This document shows, one piece after another, positions 1 through 12,814 of a stretch of DNA of 64,000 bases. How positions within the stretch are numbered: the stretch's first letter is position 1; every line of letters starts with the position of its first letter. Origin of the DNA: Camelus ferus (taxonomy: Eukaryota); the NCBI RefSeq assembly GCF_009834535.1, contig NC_045705.1, forward strand, positions 67,704,001 to 67,768,000, in the 5' to 3' direction. The translations under genes were made by a program, and so were the position numbers. The notes beneath the pieces are model-generated. The model was given only the letters and a program-made list of their open reading frames with translations. It searched no databases and was not told where the DNA came from.

Positions 1-559
1 TTTATAACCTGAGCAGCCTTGCTTTGGAAAGAGGCAGGCTGTCCTTCAGGATGGCTTACAGTCATCTGCCAACCGTGGCTACGTCTGTGACAGACTGAAG
101 CACAGTGTGGTGTGTGTTCATTATTTTTATGCAAGTATCAGCAACTCGCGCTCAGTTAGTTGATCATTGTGACAGTGCCCGGAGTGGGGAAGGCGGAGGG
201 GGGCCCTCTGACAGCAGCCCCTTCGGCGGCTGGCCGTGCTCTGCGTGGGGCCCTGTGGGTGGCACCCCCACCCCACCCTGGGGAGTAGGGTGTGGGCCCC
301 TCCTGGTCAGGGTCCAGACAACACACTCAGGGAAAGTGGAGCAAACTGGGCGGCTTTGGAGGACCCAGGTTTTCACCTGGGCCAGGTGTAGTGACCTGGG
401 AGGGTTTGGGGAGAGGGAACAGCTAAAGGCATGAGGGTGGAGAGGGTGGGGTCTGCTCTGGTGGGAGTTGGTCTGTGCAGGTGAGCCTCGGGGCCTGATG
501 CCAGGTTGAAAGAACCAACAGAGGAATTTGAGGGTGTTCCCTGGCTCAGTGGGTCCTGA

Positions 560-600
560 GATGGGTGGATGGATGGACGGATAGATAGATGGATGGATGG
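560..600. repeat. Imperfect (GGAT/AGAT)n tetranucleotide repeat
   Basis: gatgggtggatggatggacggatagatagatggatggatgg. Confidence 0.85.
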
Positions 601-1484
601 GGGAGTCTTTGGAGGGGGTTATGATAATTCAGCCAAGGTGAGAGCCAGGAAGTAGACTCATTCTTGGGCATCCAGAGGTGGTATCAAGGATTCCACTTGG
701 GCTCAGCTTTCTCAGGCAGAACATCTGTTTAGTTAAAGGAAACCTAAGACTTTATTACTGTTGTAAACGTCATCTCTCCTGTAGAGGTTTAGACAGCACG
801 ATGGTGTCCCCCAGTTGAGCCTGTCTTAGCTGGGTAGAAGCCAGCCATAAAACACAGGGTTCTCTGGCTGGAATTGTGGTCCTTGTCTTTGCATGAGGGT
901 TCACGTGGGCACAGGATGCAAAGGCCTTGGTGAGCCGAGTGCCAGGGATGGAAATGTGGGGCAGGGAGGCCCCTGGCTTCGAGGAACTGCCCACATAAAA
1001 GTGAGCCTGGGTGTTGAATATTTCTTCTGCCTTAATTAGGAAAGTTCCATGAGGAGCTGATGTGTGACTGCTGAGAATGCTGCTAAACCAGCAATGACCG
1101 TGTCCAGACATTTAAGGTGTCTGAGCTTCATTCTGGGCAGACCAGCATGGGGTTCTCATGTGGCACTTGGGGAGGAGGGGCTGAATGATTCTGAAGTCAG
1201 AGCTGGGGAGGCTAGTTCTCTTGCACTTTAGGGGACCGCACAGGTTTCTCCTCGGTCCCCATCATTTCAGCCAGATCAGCACTTCTCACCCATTTTCCTG
1301 TGGAGGGGAAATAGAACCTTCCTGCCTGAGGGTTGGGGGAGGCTTTGCTCCACTCCAAACCCAAGTGTCTGTGATGTTTCCTGTTTCATCATAAGATTCA
1401 TGGGAACTTTGCAATCTCTCTCTGTTATTGTCATGGTAGTTTATTTTTTTTAATGGTTTGCATTTTATTTGGAGCACCTGAGAT

Positions 1485-1640
1485 TGTATCTAGGAAACAA
1501 TGGGCAAGATTGTGTGCAAAAATAAATACAAATTTGTGGAGACACTTAAGAAGACCTAAATAAATGTTGATGGATAGGAAGACAGTCTCATCGGGACGGT
1601 CCCCCCAGATGACCTGTAGATTCAACATGATCCCCAGTAT
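1485..1640 (+). mobile_element. Ancient L1 ORF2 fragment
   Basis: aagaagacctaaataaatg...ggataggaagac...tgtagattcaacatgatcccc resembles L1 ORF2 DNA. Confidence 0.6.
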
Positions 1641-1970
1641 TGTTTTCCCCTTCCTTTTCCTGGTGCAGACGTGATGGTGCCTGGCATCCACGGAGGTGAG
1701 GTGATGGCGGTGTGCCATGAGGAGGTGCCTGCCAGTGGGAGCACGGCCTGGGGGAGGTGGGGTGGCAGGGGGCAGGCCAACAGAGGCTACAGGAGTGGTT
1801 GGGAGTTGGTGATACTGAGTGAATACGTAAATATATTGACCATCACAAAAGCCGTGTTTCCACTTTGAAGAAGGTACTGACAAACATAGAAAGAGTGGAG
1901 ATTAGAAGGTACCCTGAGAAAATGTTTAACATTGCAAGTTCTGTGAACTCGTGGATTTTTACCACGTGTA

Positions 1971-1992
1971 CACACACACACACACACACACA
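1971..1992. repeat. (CA)11 microsatellite
   Basis: Direct reading. Confidence 0.95.
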
Positions 1993-2109
1993 GAAATAGA
2001 GAAATATGGTGGATGTGTGTGTATAAGTGTGTACGTATATACACATAGTGGATATTCTTAATTTACAGGAGTCCCGTCCTGTCAACTCACCATCAACTCA
2101 CCACATACA

Positions 2110-2820
2110 CCAAATGAGCAAAGACTGAACACTGGTCCTCGGGAAGATACAGGGTTGGATTCCCTGGAGCCTTTGGTCACATTTTCATCTACCAATCAAT
2201 ACACAACCTTGTTTGATGTTTCTGTTCTTTTTTTTTTTTTTTTTTTGCGGGGGTGCTATCTGTTTATTTATTTTTAGTGGAAGTGCTGGGGATTGAACCC
2301 AGGACCTCGTGCATGCTGGGCATGAGCTCTGCCACTTGAGCTATGCCCTCCCCCCTGATGTTTCTGTTTAAAGATGCCTACTTTAATACGTATTGTTGAT
2401 TCATTCACACTGAACCCACAACCAGCGGTGCCTTCAGCTCATGTAACATACATTTCCTCCGTACACACGCCGCAGCACTGCCGTCTGAGCACTAGTAGCA
2501 CCTCAGCCCTGTTCCCGGGGCTGTTTCCAACAGGGAAATCACCCGTGAAAAGCAAAGAAATGTGAACATTGCAGCGCTAACTAGACCTTGGAGAGGACAC
2601 TCGTTCACAGTGTGAGCTGAGACAGGAAGGCAGAGCTGGCCGGTTCTGCCTCGGCTGGGAACCGATGTGTTGGGTGACTCCGTTTCCCCGCCACTCTATG
2701 CATGTGTGTGTCCGGGAATGATCACGGAACTCCTGAGCGTTCGTAAGGTCATAAAAACTCCTGAGCGTTGAGCAAGTGGGCGACTCTCCAGGTGGAATCT
2801 GAATGAGGAGGATACACTGT
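2110..2820 (-). mobile_element. Tigger4/Zombi-like (TcMar-Tigger) DNA transposon remnant, interrupted by a SINE
   Basis: atacagggttggattcc...ggtcacattttcat...ggacactcgttcacagt...gaaggcagagc...aatgaggaggatacactg matches the recalled Tigger4b reverse complement. Confidence 0.7.
2228..2355 (-). mobile_element. tRNA-Ala-derived SINE (Vic-1-like), copy 1
   Basis: Reverse complement has A and B boxes and an A tail; perfect 13-bp TSD TGATGTTTCTGTT at 2214-2226 and 2356-2368. Confidence 0.93.
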
Positions 2821-4939
2821 GTTCCTGTTTCCCAGCTCTGTCTGCTGAGGCAGCTCAGAAGCAGTGACTCCCAGGAGCACTGAGCACACCCAGCACCCAG
2901 GTCTTGGCTTCTAAGGATCACTCTCCACTGAAAGGAACCAGGGCTCTTTGAGAAAAGGCCGATTCTCAGGCTGGGACAGGGAGAAATACACAAGAGCCTG
3001 GAACTCCGATGTCCCAGAAAGAAAGTAGAGAAATCCTTAAGGGACGGAGAGTATGTGCCAAGAGGACACAAGAGCCAGTGTAAAGGGATTCTCACTGGCC
3101 AGACCTAGGGAACATTTGGACATTGAAGTAAGTGCGAATATTAGCTCTTAACCTATTTTAAGAAACAGGAATAGATGAGTCTATGCTGGCTTCAATGAAT
3201 GCATAAGCAGAGTGTAGCAGACATGCTTTAATGACCAGCCAACATTTAAAATCAAAATCACGAGTGAAGGCTATAGCTTAGTCCCGGGTCATTCCAGTGG
3301 CTTACAATATTGTACAGCATCACTACACCGTCAGTTTTGCTTATTTATAGTATTATTTTGAATTGTGTTGAAAATACACGTAACTTAAAATTTACCATCC
3401 CGACCACTTTAAAGTGTCCAGTTCAATAGCATGACGTCCGTTCTCATTATTTGTGCAGCCGTCCCCTCCGTCCTTCTCCCACCATAATTTAATGCACCAG
3501 TAAAACCAGGCTTTTGCACCATAATAGAGCAGTGAGCACCATTGTACAGCTCTCTGTCCTGCCAGCTAAGCTTCGACATTTTCGCTTTTTTCATATTGTA
3601 AAAACTTTAAAAAGAATGCCATAAAAAACCCCAGCAGATCTTGTGGAACTTGGGGAGCTGGCTGTATAAGGTGTAAGGGGACGTAGTGGGTCCAGGGCAT
3701 CCTGAAAGATGTGAATTAGGAGTCAGCAGTCGGGCTGCTCAGGCCCGGAGTGTGGTGCAGGGCTGGACAGGTAGGTAACAGTGGGTACTCGGGAGCAGAC
3801 CAGGCATGGCGGAGGGGTAGCACCTGGCCAAGGGTGGCGAGGAGGAACTCCTGTCCCTGGGGACGCGGGTATGAGAGGTACACAGGAGGGTAGTGAGTAC
3901 CCAGTTTGAGACGCTCAGGCAGGCAGAGCCGTTTGGCGTCAGGAAAGTTGTGGGCAGAATTAATTAACTTGAGCGCAAAGCTGCATCTTGGTGTCAGGCC
4001 TCAGCATGCTTGGCATTCGCTAAGTTGTGTTCATCCTTCAAGTCCCTGGTCTCCCTCCTCCAGGAAGCCTGCCAGGGCCACCCACAGCCAGCTTTTCCTC
4101 TTCCAGGAAGCCTGCCAGGTTTACCCGACAGCTCATGCTCCTCCAGGCTCCAGACACCTCCTGTCCATGTCAGTCATCTGCCTTTTCTTCTTGCTTAGAT
4201 AGTTGTTTAAGTGCACGTGTGTGCGTTGTGTATAATGTGTGTCCTGCCCAACTGCACCGTAGGCTCCTTGAACGTGGCCCCATGTTGTCTTCCGTTTCTT
4301 GGTCTTCCCCGTGGGGCTGGCATGGGACAAAGAACCGTTCCTGACTGATAAGTCCACAGTTTGTGCCCAGGCCCCAGCCCGCTCCAATGAGCCATGTAAC
4401 GCTTGGTGAATATCAATAAGGCACGTACTGAAAACGCTGCTTATTTTGGGGTGGTGGCGGAGGATTGGATTACCGGGAGCTGGGTTGTGTTTAGTGTAAC
4501 CATGTGAACGGTGTAAAATACAGACTATGGGAATGGAAGCCCAGACATCTGCTCTGAATTCTATATATAAATACTGGATGTGCTTACATGGGTTAAAATG
4601 GGATTGTTGGCGCTGGGATTTTCAGGCTCCTGGTTCTACTGTGGTGGGGGTTGCACGTTAATCACAGGTCCTGGTACCCAAGCCAGGAGGGGGAAAGAGT
4701 GGCCTTTTCCTGACACTGCTGGACTAAGGGCGGTGGGAGTGGTCTGCTCGCCCTCCCCAGGCAGGGAGCTGCGGAGAACCCACAGGACCTGTGTGTGTCT
4801 GGAGCGCCGTGCTGAGAAGGGGCTGCACGCACCAGGGTCACAGAGAGGCTTGTCCGCACCCGCGGAAGCCCCTGGGAAGCCAGGTGAAGGGAGAATGTCA
4901 CCGGGGGAATTCAGCGGGCTTGGGCGCAGCAGTGCCTTT

Positions 4940-5555
4940 AAAAAATTATTTNNNNNNNNNNNNNNNNNNNNNNNNNNNNNNNNNNNNNNNNNNNNNNNNN
5001 NNNNNNNNNNNNNNNNNNNNNNNNNNNNNNNNNNNNNNNNNNNNNNNNNNNNNNNNNNNNNNNNNNNNNNNNNNNNNNNGGAAACCCTGCCCCCATTGGA
5101 ATGTTCCGCCTTGTTCCCTCCCTCCAGCCCCTGGCCACCACTGATCTGTTGTCTGTCTATCTTTATGGATTCGCCTACTTGGGACACTTCATGGGACTGG
5201 AATCCTGTGCTCTGTGGCCCTTTGTGTCTGGCTTCTTTAACTGAGCATGTTTTCAAGGCGCTCCCACGTTGTGGTGGGCGTCAGTGCTTCGCTCCTCTAT
5301 ACGGCTGAATAATACTTCACTGTGTGGACAGGGCACATTGTGTTAACCCATTCATCTGTTGATAGACATTTTGGCTGACTCTACCTGTTTGGCAATTGTG
5401 ACAAAAATACCGCTGTGAACACGCGTGGACAAGGATTTATTTGAGTCCCTGTTTTCAGTTCTTTGGGGTACGTGCCTCGGAGTGGAATTGCTTGGTCACA
5501 TGACAGCTAGATGTGTGACTTTTTGAGGATCTGCCAGCCTGCTCTGCACAGCAGC
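4940..5555 (-). mobile_element. L1MB-type 3' end, including N gap 4952-5079
   Basis: ccactgatctgttgtctgtct...cattcatctgttgatagacatttt...ggagtggaattgcttggtcacatg. Confidence 0.8.
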
Positions 5556-6779
5556 CCACAGCAGCCAGCGGTGCCTTTTAACTTGTTACCCTTTCCCTCT
5601 GGACAGATGAGGAAACAGGCTCAGAGTGGAGATGAAAAGTCTTGCCCCAAATCTCACAACTGGAGACCAGGCCTCCAAGTCTGAGTTCAGGACTCAGAGC
5701 TGGCCCAGGACTGGATGAAGGAAACATGTAATTAATTACTGCCCTGGCTGGTGTTGACTGCCTGCCTAAAATGTGCTGCTGCTGGCCTGGGGCTTTGTAT
5801 GAACTGCTCTGTTTAAGGCTCGCAGTCTCCGATGTCGGGGTGCAGAGATTACCCCCATTTCACAGACAGGACATTGTGAGGTCAGGGAGGCCCTGGTCCC
5901 CGGGGCTGGCTCTGGGGCTCTCACTTGGAGGGCCACTCTGGTCTGTGTGCCCTACGTGGTTCTGAAAAAAAATACTTGCACACATAATGTCATAACAATG
6001 TAAATGGAATTTGAGGTTAAAATATTTAAATTGTATTTATCCAGAGACTCAACTAAGTCATCTTTCATTGTCTGGTCTTCTTTTCAACCTTTGTCCCACC
6101 TGACAATTTCTCATGCCTGCAACTCCGGCACAAGTCAGGGTTTAAAGTGCATTGTGTGTGTGTGGGTTGACTTGACACGTCTGATGCATTTTCTGATGTT
6201 GCTGTGGTCATTTTCGTCATTTCTTATTGCTTTAATGGGCACAACTTCCTCCTGAGAGAGCAGTCTAGTTACCCTGACGTTGGAGATGCTTTGTTTATTT
6301 TTTCTTATTGTAAGGAAGGCTGCAGCAAATATTGTGTCTAGGACCTTTTCCTTCCTTCAGGTGTTCCTTGGGATAAAGTCCTGGGAGGCTGATCCCCGAG
6401 GAAGGTTTGAACGTTTTATGGTCCTTAATACCAGATGCCACAGAATTTTCTGAAAGGGTTGTTCTTGCATCTGTGGCTGCCAGGTGACCCCTCGCAGGGG
6501 TCCTGGAATGTGGTGGTGGCCGGGCCAATGGGCCAGCTCTCAGCCTGTCCTCTGCTCCTCTTCCTCCTCTGCCTTGTTCCTTCTTCTCACTGCCTCAAAA
6601 GCTTGGGCCACCTGTCAAGAGATCATCCCTGGAGTGACCTGGGGCAGGTCAAGGCACCTTTCCAAGAGCTGCAGTCTCCTCCCTATACAGCTGAGACTCT
6701 GACCTTCAGGGTCTTGAGCACATGGGCACGTCCCCTGGGGAAGGAGCACATGGGACCAGCATCTGCTGCCTCCTGCATG

Positions 6780-7050
6780 CTTCACCTCAGGACCTTTGCA
6801 CAGGCTATTCACTGCCATGGATGCCCTCCCTCCTGCCCTCTCTCGCCCCATTCAGGTCTTTGCCGAAGTGTCACTTTTTCAGTGAGACCTTCCTGACCAT
6901 CTTATGTGAAACTGCAGCCTCACTCCCAAACCCTTTACCCGGCTCTGTTTTTCCAAACCACAGCACTGATGTTCCAAGGCACTGACTGCACCACCTTACC
7001 CATCATGTGTGTTGCTTATTGTCTTTTCCCCCTCCTGTTACAGGACATGA
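6780..7050 (+). mobile_element. L2 3' fragment
   Basis: ctcaggacctttgcacaggct...gtcactttttcagtgagaccttcctgacc. Confidence 0.7.
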
Positions 7051-9879
7051 GGGTGAGTTCTTGCTCTGGTCGCAGGTCCCAGCCAGGCTGGCATGTGCTG
7101 CATGGCACCCTGCCACCTGCCCACTGGCCAGTCCTGCCCGGGTCTCAGCCCGGCGCACCTCTCTGCCTGCCTGTCCCTCACCTGGCTCCTCTGCTCCTGC
7201 TTGCATCCCCCAGCCTCTCCCCTCCCCGTGGAACACCCTGGGCCCCGAGAAGGCCACATCTCCTGGATAAGCCAGGGCACCTGGGACCCTGGTAGACTTG
7301 GGGCCACATCAGTCAGGCAGCCCTCACCCTGAGAGGCTCCCCCCTCATTACGAGTTCCCCAGGTGATGGGAGAGTGAAATGAGTGCCTGGAAAAACTTGG
7401 GGATGGAGTGTGTGGTGGCTTCTAAAGGTCTTCGAAGCAGAAGCGGCTCCTCCCGGGGAGAGCCTGCCCGCCCCGGCTGTGCCCGCCCTTTGGGAAAAGC
7501 ACAGGAAGTTGAAATCTTCCCTCCTCATCTGCAGCCTTTGAAGGGTGCACCTGAACTGCCCAGAGTGTAAACTGGTGAAAATGTGGTCTTTCCAGTTCGG
7601 GGAGAAAGAACAGAGCAGAAGTAGGATTTTTTGTGCCTGGGGCAGCTTCCACGAGCCTCCCCCGTCTCTCCCCAGCCCGGGTGCCCCGGCCCCCTGGGAT
7701 TTTTGCTGCTGGGAGAGGTTCACTGGGTTTCTGGCCAACAGTTGGGGCTGATAACTCGACCCTGGAGACCTCCCTCCAAAGTGCTTCCCCTCGGGGCTGG
7801 AAAGCCTCGCATCCAAGACTCCTTGTCCGTGGGGCCGTCTACATGTTGATGCTCATGCCAGGTGAGTTTGGTCCCTCACTGCGGTCACCAGCTGCCACTT
7901 GAATACCCATGGCAGGGGTGCACTTGCCCGCTCCTGAGGTGGTCCCTTGCATCGTCGCCCAGAGATGCCAATTTAGAGTAGCGAGTGAAGTCAGTGTCCG
8001 CCCTGCTGGCCTTGGCAGGGGTTCCCAGGCTGAAGGCAGGCCCACCCTGGTAGGGGGATGTCACAGGGCCTTGGTGTGTGCACCTGTGTCTGTTTCTGGG
8101 GAGAGGATCGGTCAGCTTTTCAGAGGGCTGTGACCCCCGGGAGGTTAGGAACACCTGGTGGGTCCTGCCTTCGCTGGACGAGGGGGTATGTGCTAGGCCA
8201 CCTTGCCAAGGGGAATCTCAGGAGCCTGGGCACCGGATCCCTCACAGGCAGGGCGGCATGACTGGTTGTCCCTGCGCCGGTGGCCCGGAGGCCCTGGCGA
8301 CCGTGAACAGGCATGTGCTCTGGGAGCACCCGTGGCCTCGCATGTGCCGTGGGGTGTCCGTTTGCGGTGGCTCTGCTGCCGTGTTTTGCGGGCCTCCAGA
8401 TCTCACACGCAACTCTTCCTGGGAAGGCCTGTGATCCTCACAAATTTTCCTCCAAAGTCTGCACCCTCCCTGATCCTGAGCATCACCCGCCTCCCACTGT
8501 CCTCTCCTACCGGCTGGCGTCCAGCCCTCAGATGTCACCTGACTGCTGGCCAGGTCTCTGGAGGTGGGTGTCACTGTCTCCAGAGCCTCTGGCTGGCGGT
8601 GAGACCCCTACCCTTCTGGGCAGCTTCCCCCTTTCCTTCTCAGCTCTTGCAGGGCAGAGGTAACTCACTGTCTTGAGGTTGAGGTGCTATAGGCTGGGTG
8701 AGGAGCATGAAGTGCATTTATGGAGCAGCTGCCATGTGTGGGCCCTGGGCGGGCCAGGGCCTCCTTAGATGGGCTGGTGAACCCTCCTGGAGTGCCAGGC
8801 TCCCTGGGGCCCTCAACATACTGTAGCAGTTGGGAAAATGGGGAAACTTCTATTTTTAATAAAAAACTTTTAATTGAAATGTATACACAGAAAAGTGACA
8901 TTTTTACAAACTATAAGTGTTCCAGAGTGTGGAGGCCTCTGGTGTGCTGTTGAACTCAGCTCCTTTTGAGGCCTTGTCCTCCCTTCTGTAAAATAGGCAT
9001 ACTGTCATCACAGCCCAGGCCTGTGTGCAGAAGGCCCAGGAGGCTCAGAGAGGAGCCCACCCAGCTCCGTGTGCTGTGTGTGACCTGCAGAGAGCTGTCA
9101 GCCTGATGATGCTTAGGACAGGGAGGGGTGAGAGTCTAGGACAGGTGTTCTTTAGTGGCCATTTCCTCCTTGCAAGAGGTCAGAATGCCAACTCAGATGT
9201 AACTGTAACATCCCATTGTTTGATTTTTACAGTGTCCCTTCCTGCCACAAATAATTGTAGACCCAATGTACTGATGGCCAAGTTGGGAGGGGTGGACCGT
9301 GGACGGTCCTGACCTCGACTCCCCATGTGTCCTCCCATCCTGCAGAGGAGGGGCCGGGATTTGAGCCAGGCATGCGCCCTGGCCATCTGCCTTACTCTGA
9401 GCCACACAAGGAGCTGCTGAAGAGGTTTGAGCTGAGTGATGGTGTCCCAGAGTGGGAAACGGAGGGCATGGTCCCCGAAAGGGGCCTGAGCTCAGGCAGT
9501 GGTCCACGGATTATAAAGGAATCCTGAACTTTCTCTGGTGTGGGCTTCACGTCCCAGCTGGGCCTCTGCCAGGCAGCATGGCCAGGGCTGTGTCCTCGAG
9601 ACCTCCTCAGGCTGACAAAGTGGATACAACCCCTCTGCAGCCCCGGAGGACCAGTGCGGCCTCGTCTTGGCATCCGTGGGCAAGGTGGTAGGCATGGCAG
9701 GAGGAGTCACTTGGGCCTGGGTGGGACCAACAGTAGCCCTCAGTGATTTCTAACAACAGCACTGTCTGCTGCATTGGAAGAGCCTCTAAATGGGTGGCTG
9801 GGACCTGCCTGAGTGCCCTTCCTGTGGTGGCTGGGCAGTGGGAGGAAGGAGCCAGAAGCCAGGTGGGTGCTGGGAGTGA

Positions 9880-10344
<465 letters not shown>

Positions 10345-11389
10345 TAAACCCGGTGCCTTTCCTCCTGGGTAGGGGTGGGTGGGGTCCTGGTTTCACTCTT
10401 GAATTTACTTGAGCCCAAGTTCCTTTTTCAGAGACAACTCGGGAATCGTAAAATGAATTCACCTTTCACATTTGTTTTTGGGAACAATTGCCCCTTGATA
10501 CCCTGAAGTCATGTTTCTTTTTTGAATTTGTGGCATCTGAGGCAACAGATGTGCTTGGCTGTGGATTTGAATCGTTAAACATCTCGGTTGTGTGTGGGAC
10601 GGTGTCCAGGGAGGTGCAGGCAGTCTGACAGTTCAAACGTGTACCTTTCACCTCCTTGATGACTGTGTTAGCTGAAAACGGGTGGAGAAAGTGGAACTCC
10701 TTGTCCAGAAATAGACCTTGCTGTGGGATTGTTTCTCTGGTCTCTTGCGGAAGCCCTCTGCCCCTCTCTGCTTCCCAGTCTGGCTGAGCTGGCCGTGACC
10801 CACGAAGACACAGGGCCCTACCACGAGTTCCAGGTGGGGTTTCATGAGTGGCGGTAACGCTGAGAAAATTTGCACAGTGGAAGGCTGGGATGGAGCGATG
10901 GCGGGGTGAGGGCCGGCATCACTGCCCAGCCAGCCAGGCCAGGCTCACTGCAGACTTTTCTGAGTGTGAGAGCTGTTGGCTCAGTCACCCCTCAGCCCTT
11001 CAGCCCCTCCTCCCGCAGCCTGGGAACGACACACTCTTAGCGGCTGTCAGGCATCTTGAACAGAAACACAGTAGGACCCTGGGTTCCGGTCCTGATGCCA
11101 CAACTTGCTGTTGCCCCTGGCAGTGCCCTCCCCTGCCTTCGGGGGTGACACTGGCTGTGCGGCCTGCAGCCGGGCTGAGGGGTCCTGTCAGCCCGCCCCG
11201 GGGTGGGTGGGATGAGGGCCAGGGCTGTTTGTGGGTGGCTCGGGGAGCAGGCTGGGTGAAGGGGGCGCTCTGGTGGTGGAGTGAGCCTCCTTATGTGTGG
11301 CTTCTTGGCATGCTGACTGAGAAGGTGCGCTAGCCCGGCGTTTGGTGTCGGGGGAAGAGCTGGTGCTTTCCGGAGCTCCTGGATTGAGC

Positions 11390-11530
11390 ACGCGCGTGTG
11401 TGTGTGCGTGCGTGCGCGTGTGCAGGAAGGTGTGGGGCTGGGAGGTTGTGGGCGTGTGTGTGTGCATGCGTATGTGTGTGTGTGTTCCAGTGTGCCTGTG
11501 TGTGCACCTGTGCGTACTCATGTTGTGCCT
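11390..11530. repeat. Imperfect (TG/CG)n alternating purine-pyrimidine tract
   Basis: gcacgcgcgtgtgtgtgtgcgtgcgtgcgcgtgtgc...gtgtgtgtgcatgcgtatgtgtgtgtgtg. Confidence 0.85.
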
Positions 11531-12049
11531 GTTACACACGCACTAGGGGTGGATGGATGGAATTTACTGCCCCAGGAGCTGACTTGCTGAGGTCAGGCCA
11601 GATGAGCCTGGTGCCCCCACCACTGAGGAGCACCCCAGCCCTTGCGTCCTGGGGGGATCCTGCCAGGCAGTGGCTTATCTGTAGGCCCTCCTTACCTATC
11701 CTCCAAGAGGGCTGAGCAGCCTCAGCTGCGGAGGGCCAGGCTGACCTTCCAGGAGGGTCCCTGTGCTGCTGGTGGGCCTGTCCCTCTCTCAGGCCTCTGC
11801 CACGCCGGCCTGCAGTGGATCACTAACCATCTTCCAGGAGGCTCCACGTCTTCCTGATGTGGCTGAGTCCTGCTGGCTAAGAGGGGCATATGTCAGCAGT
11901 GGGAGAGGCTGAGGGAAACCCCCTGAGATGCACTGTGGGGAGAAGACCATGAACGAGAGCGGTGTGTGCCCCAGAGGAGGATAAAACAGACCCCGGCACA
12001 GGGAGGGCGAGGCCAGGGGCTTCCTGCTGCAGGTCGGGAGCCTGGGAAT

Positions 12050-12490
12050 GTCTCTTGGTGTTGTTTGGACAGGGACCTGAAGCAGAGGTGGGCAAGAGCC
12101 ACATGGCCACCTGGAGGAAGAGTGTTCCAGGCAGAGGGCACAGCCCACGTGAAGGCTCTGGGCTGTTGCAGGAGTGGGAGTGGAGTGAGGGGGTGGGCAG
12201 AACGGAGTAGGTGGAGGGGCAGGCGGGCTTGGAGTGGAGTCGTCGCTGGGTCTGACTCATGCTTAGGGGGTCTCTGGCTGTTGGAGTGAGAGTAGACTTT
12301 GGGGCGGGAGCTGGGAGCTCTGTGGGCCGCTCTTACTGTGATCCTGGCAGTAGACAGTGGGCACCTGGGTCGGGGGGAGGAACAGGCAGGCTGAGGGTGA
12401 GTAGACTTGGCATCTGTTTTGAAGGTGGAACCACCTGGATTTGCTGGTACTTGGATGTGGGTTGGGGAGAAAGACTAGAAGCAAGGATGG
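12050..12490 (-). mobile_element. L2 fragment
   Basis: ggaagagtgttccaggcagagggcacagc...gaaggtggaaccacctggatttgctggtacttggatgtgg. Confidence 0.75.
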
Positions 12491-12711
12491 CACAGTGCTG
12501 CTCTGTGCCTCAGTGTCCCCATCTGTACAGGGTTGTGACCATGTCACATGTCATGCAGAAAACACCAAGACTAGTCAGTGGCTTCAATAAATGTTAGCTG
12601 TTGTTGTATGAAAAATGCCGCCTCCACCTGAACTGTGGGCTCTACATCCCTGCTCTGATGACTCTTTTTTCTTCCTCATGGCCTTTTGCCATGTTGGTTA
12701 GGAGGAACTTG

Positions 12712-12814
12712 GCACTTGGTTGGGAGGTACTCAGGAGGTGCTTGGCTGGGAGGTATTTGGGAGGTGCTTGGTTGAGAGGTACTTGGTGCTTGGTTGGGAG
12801 GGGCTTGGTGCTTG
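12712..12814. repeat. Degenerate minisatellite, 22-26 bp unit, about 4.5 copies
   Basis: Unit GTGCTTGGTTGGGAGGTACTT(GGGA)G repeated. Confidence 0.8.

Noticed and set aside
2082-2103. 11-bp tandem duplication TCAACTCACCA, and AACTCCTGAGCGTT repeated near 2728 and 2756
   Set aside because: Short slippage-type duplications at or within the Tigger remnant; no further structure
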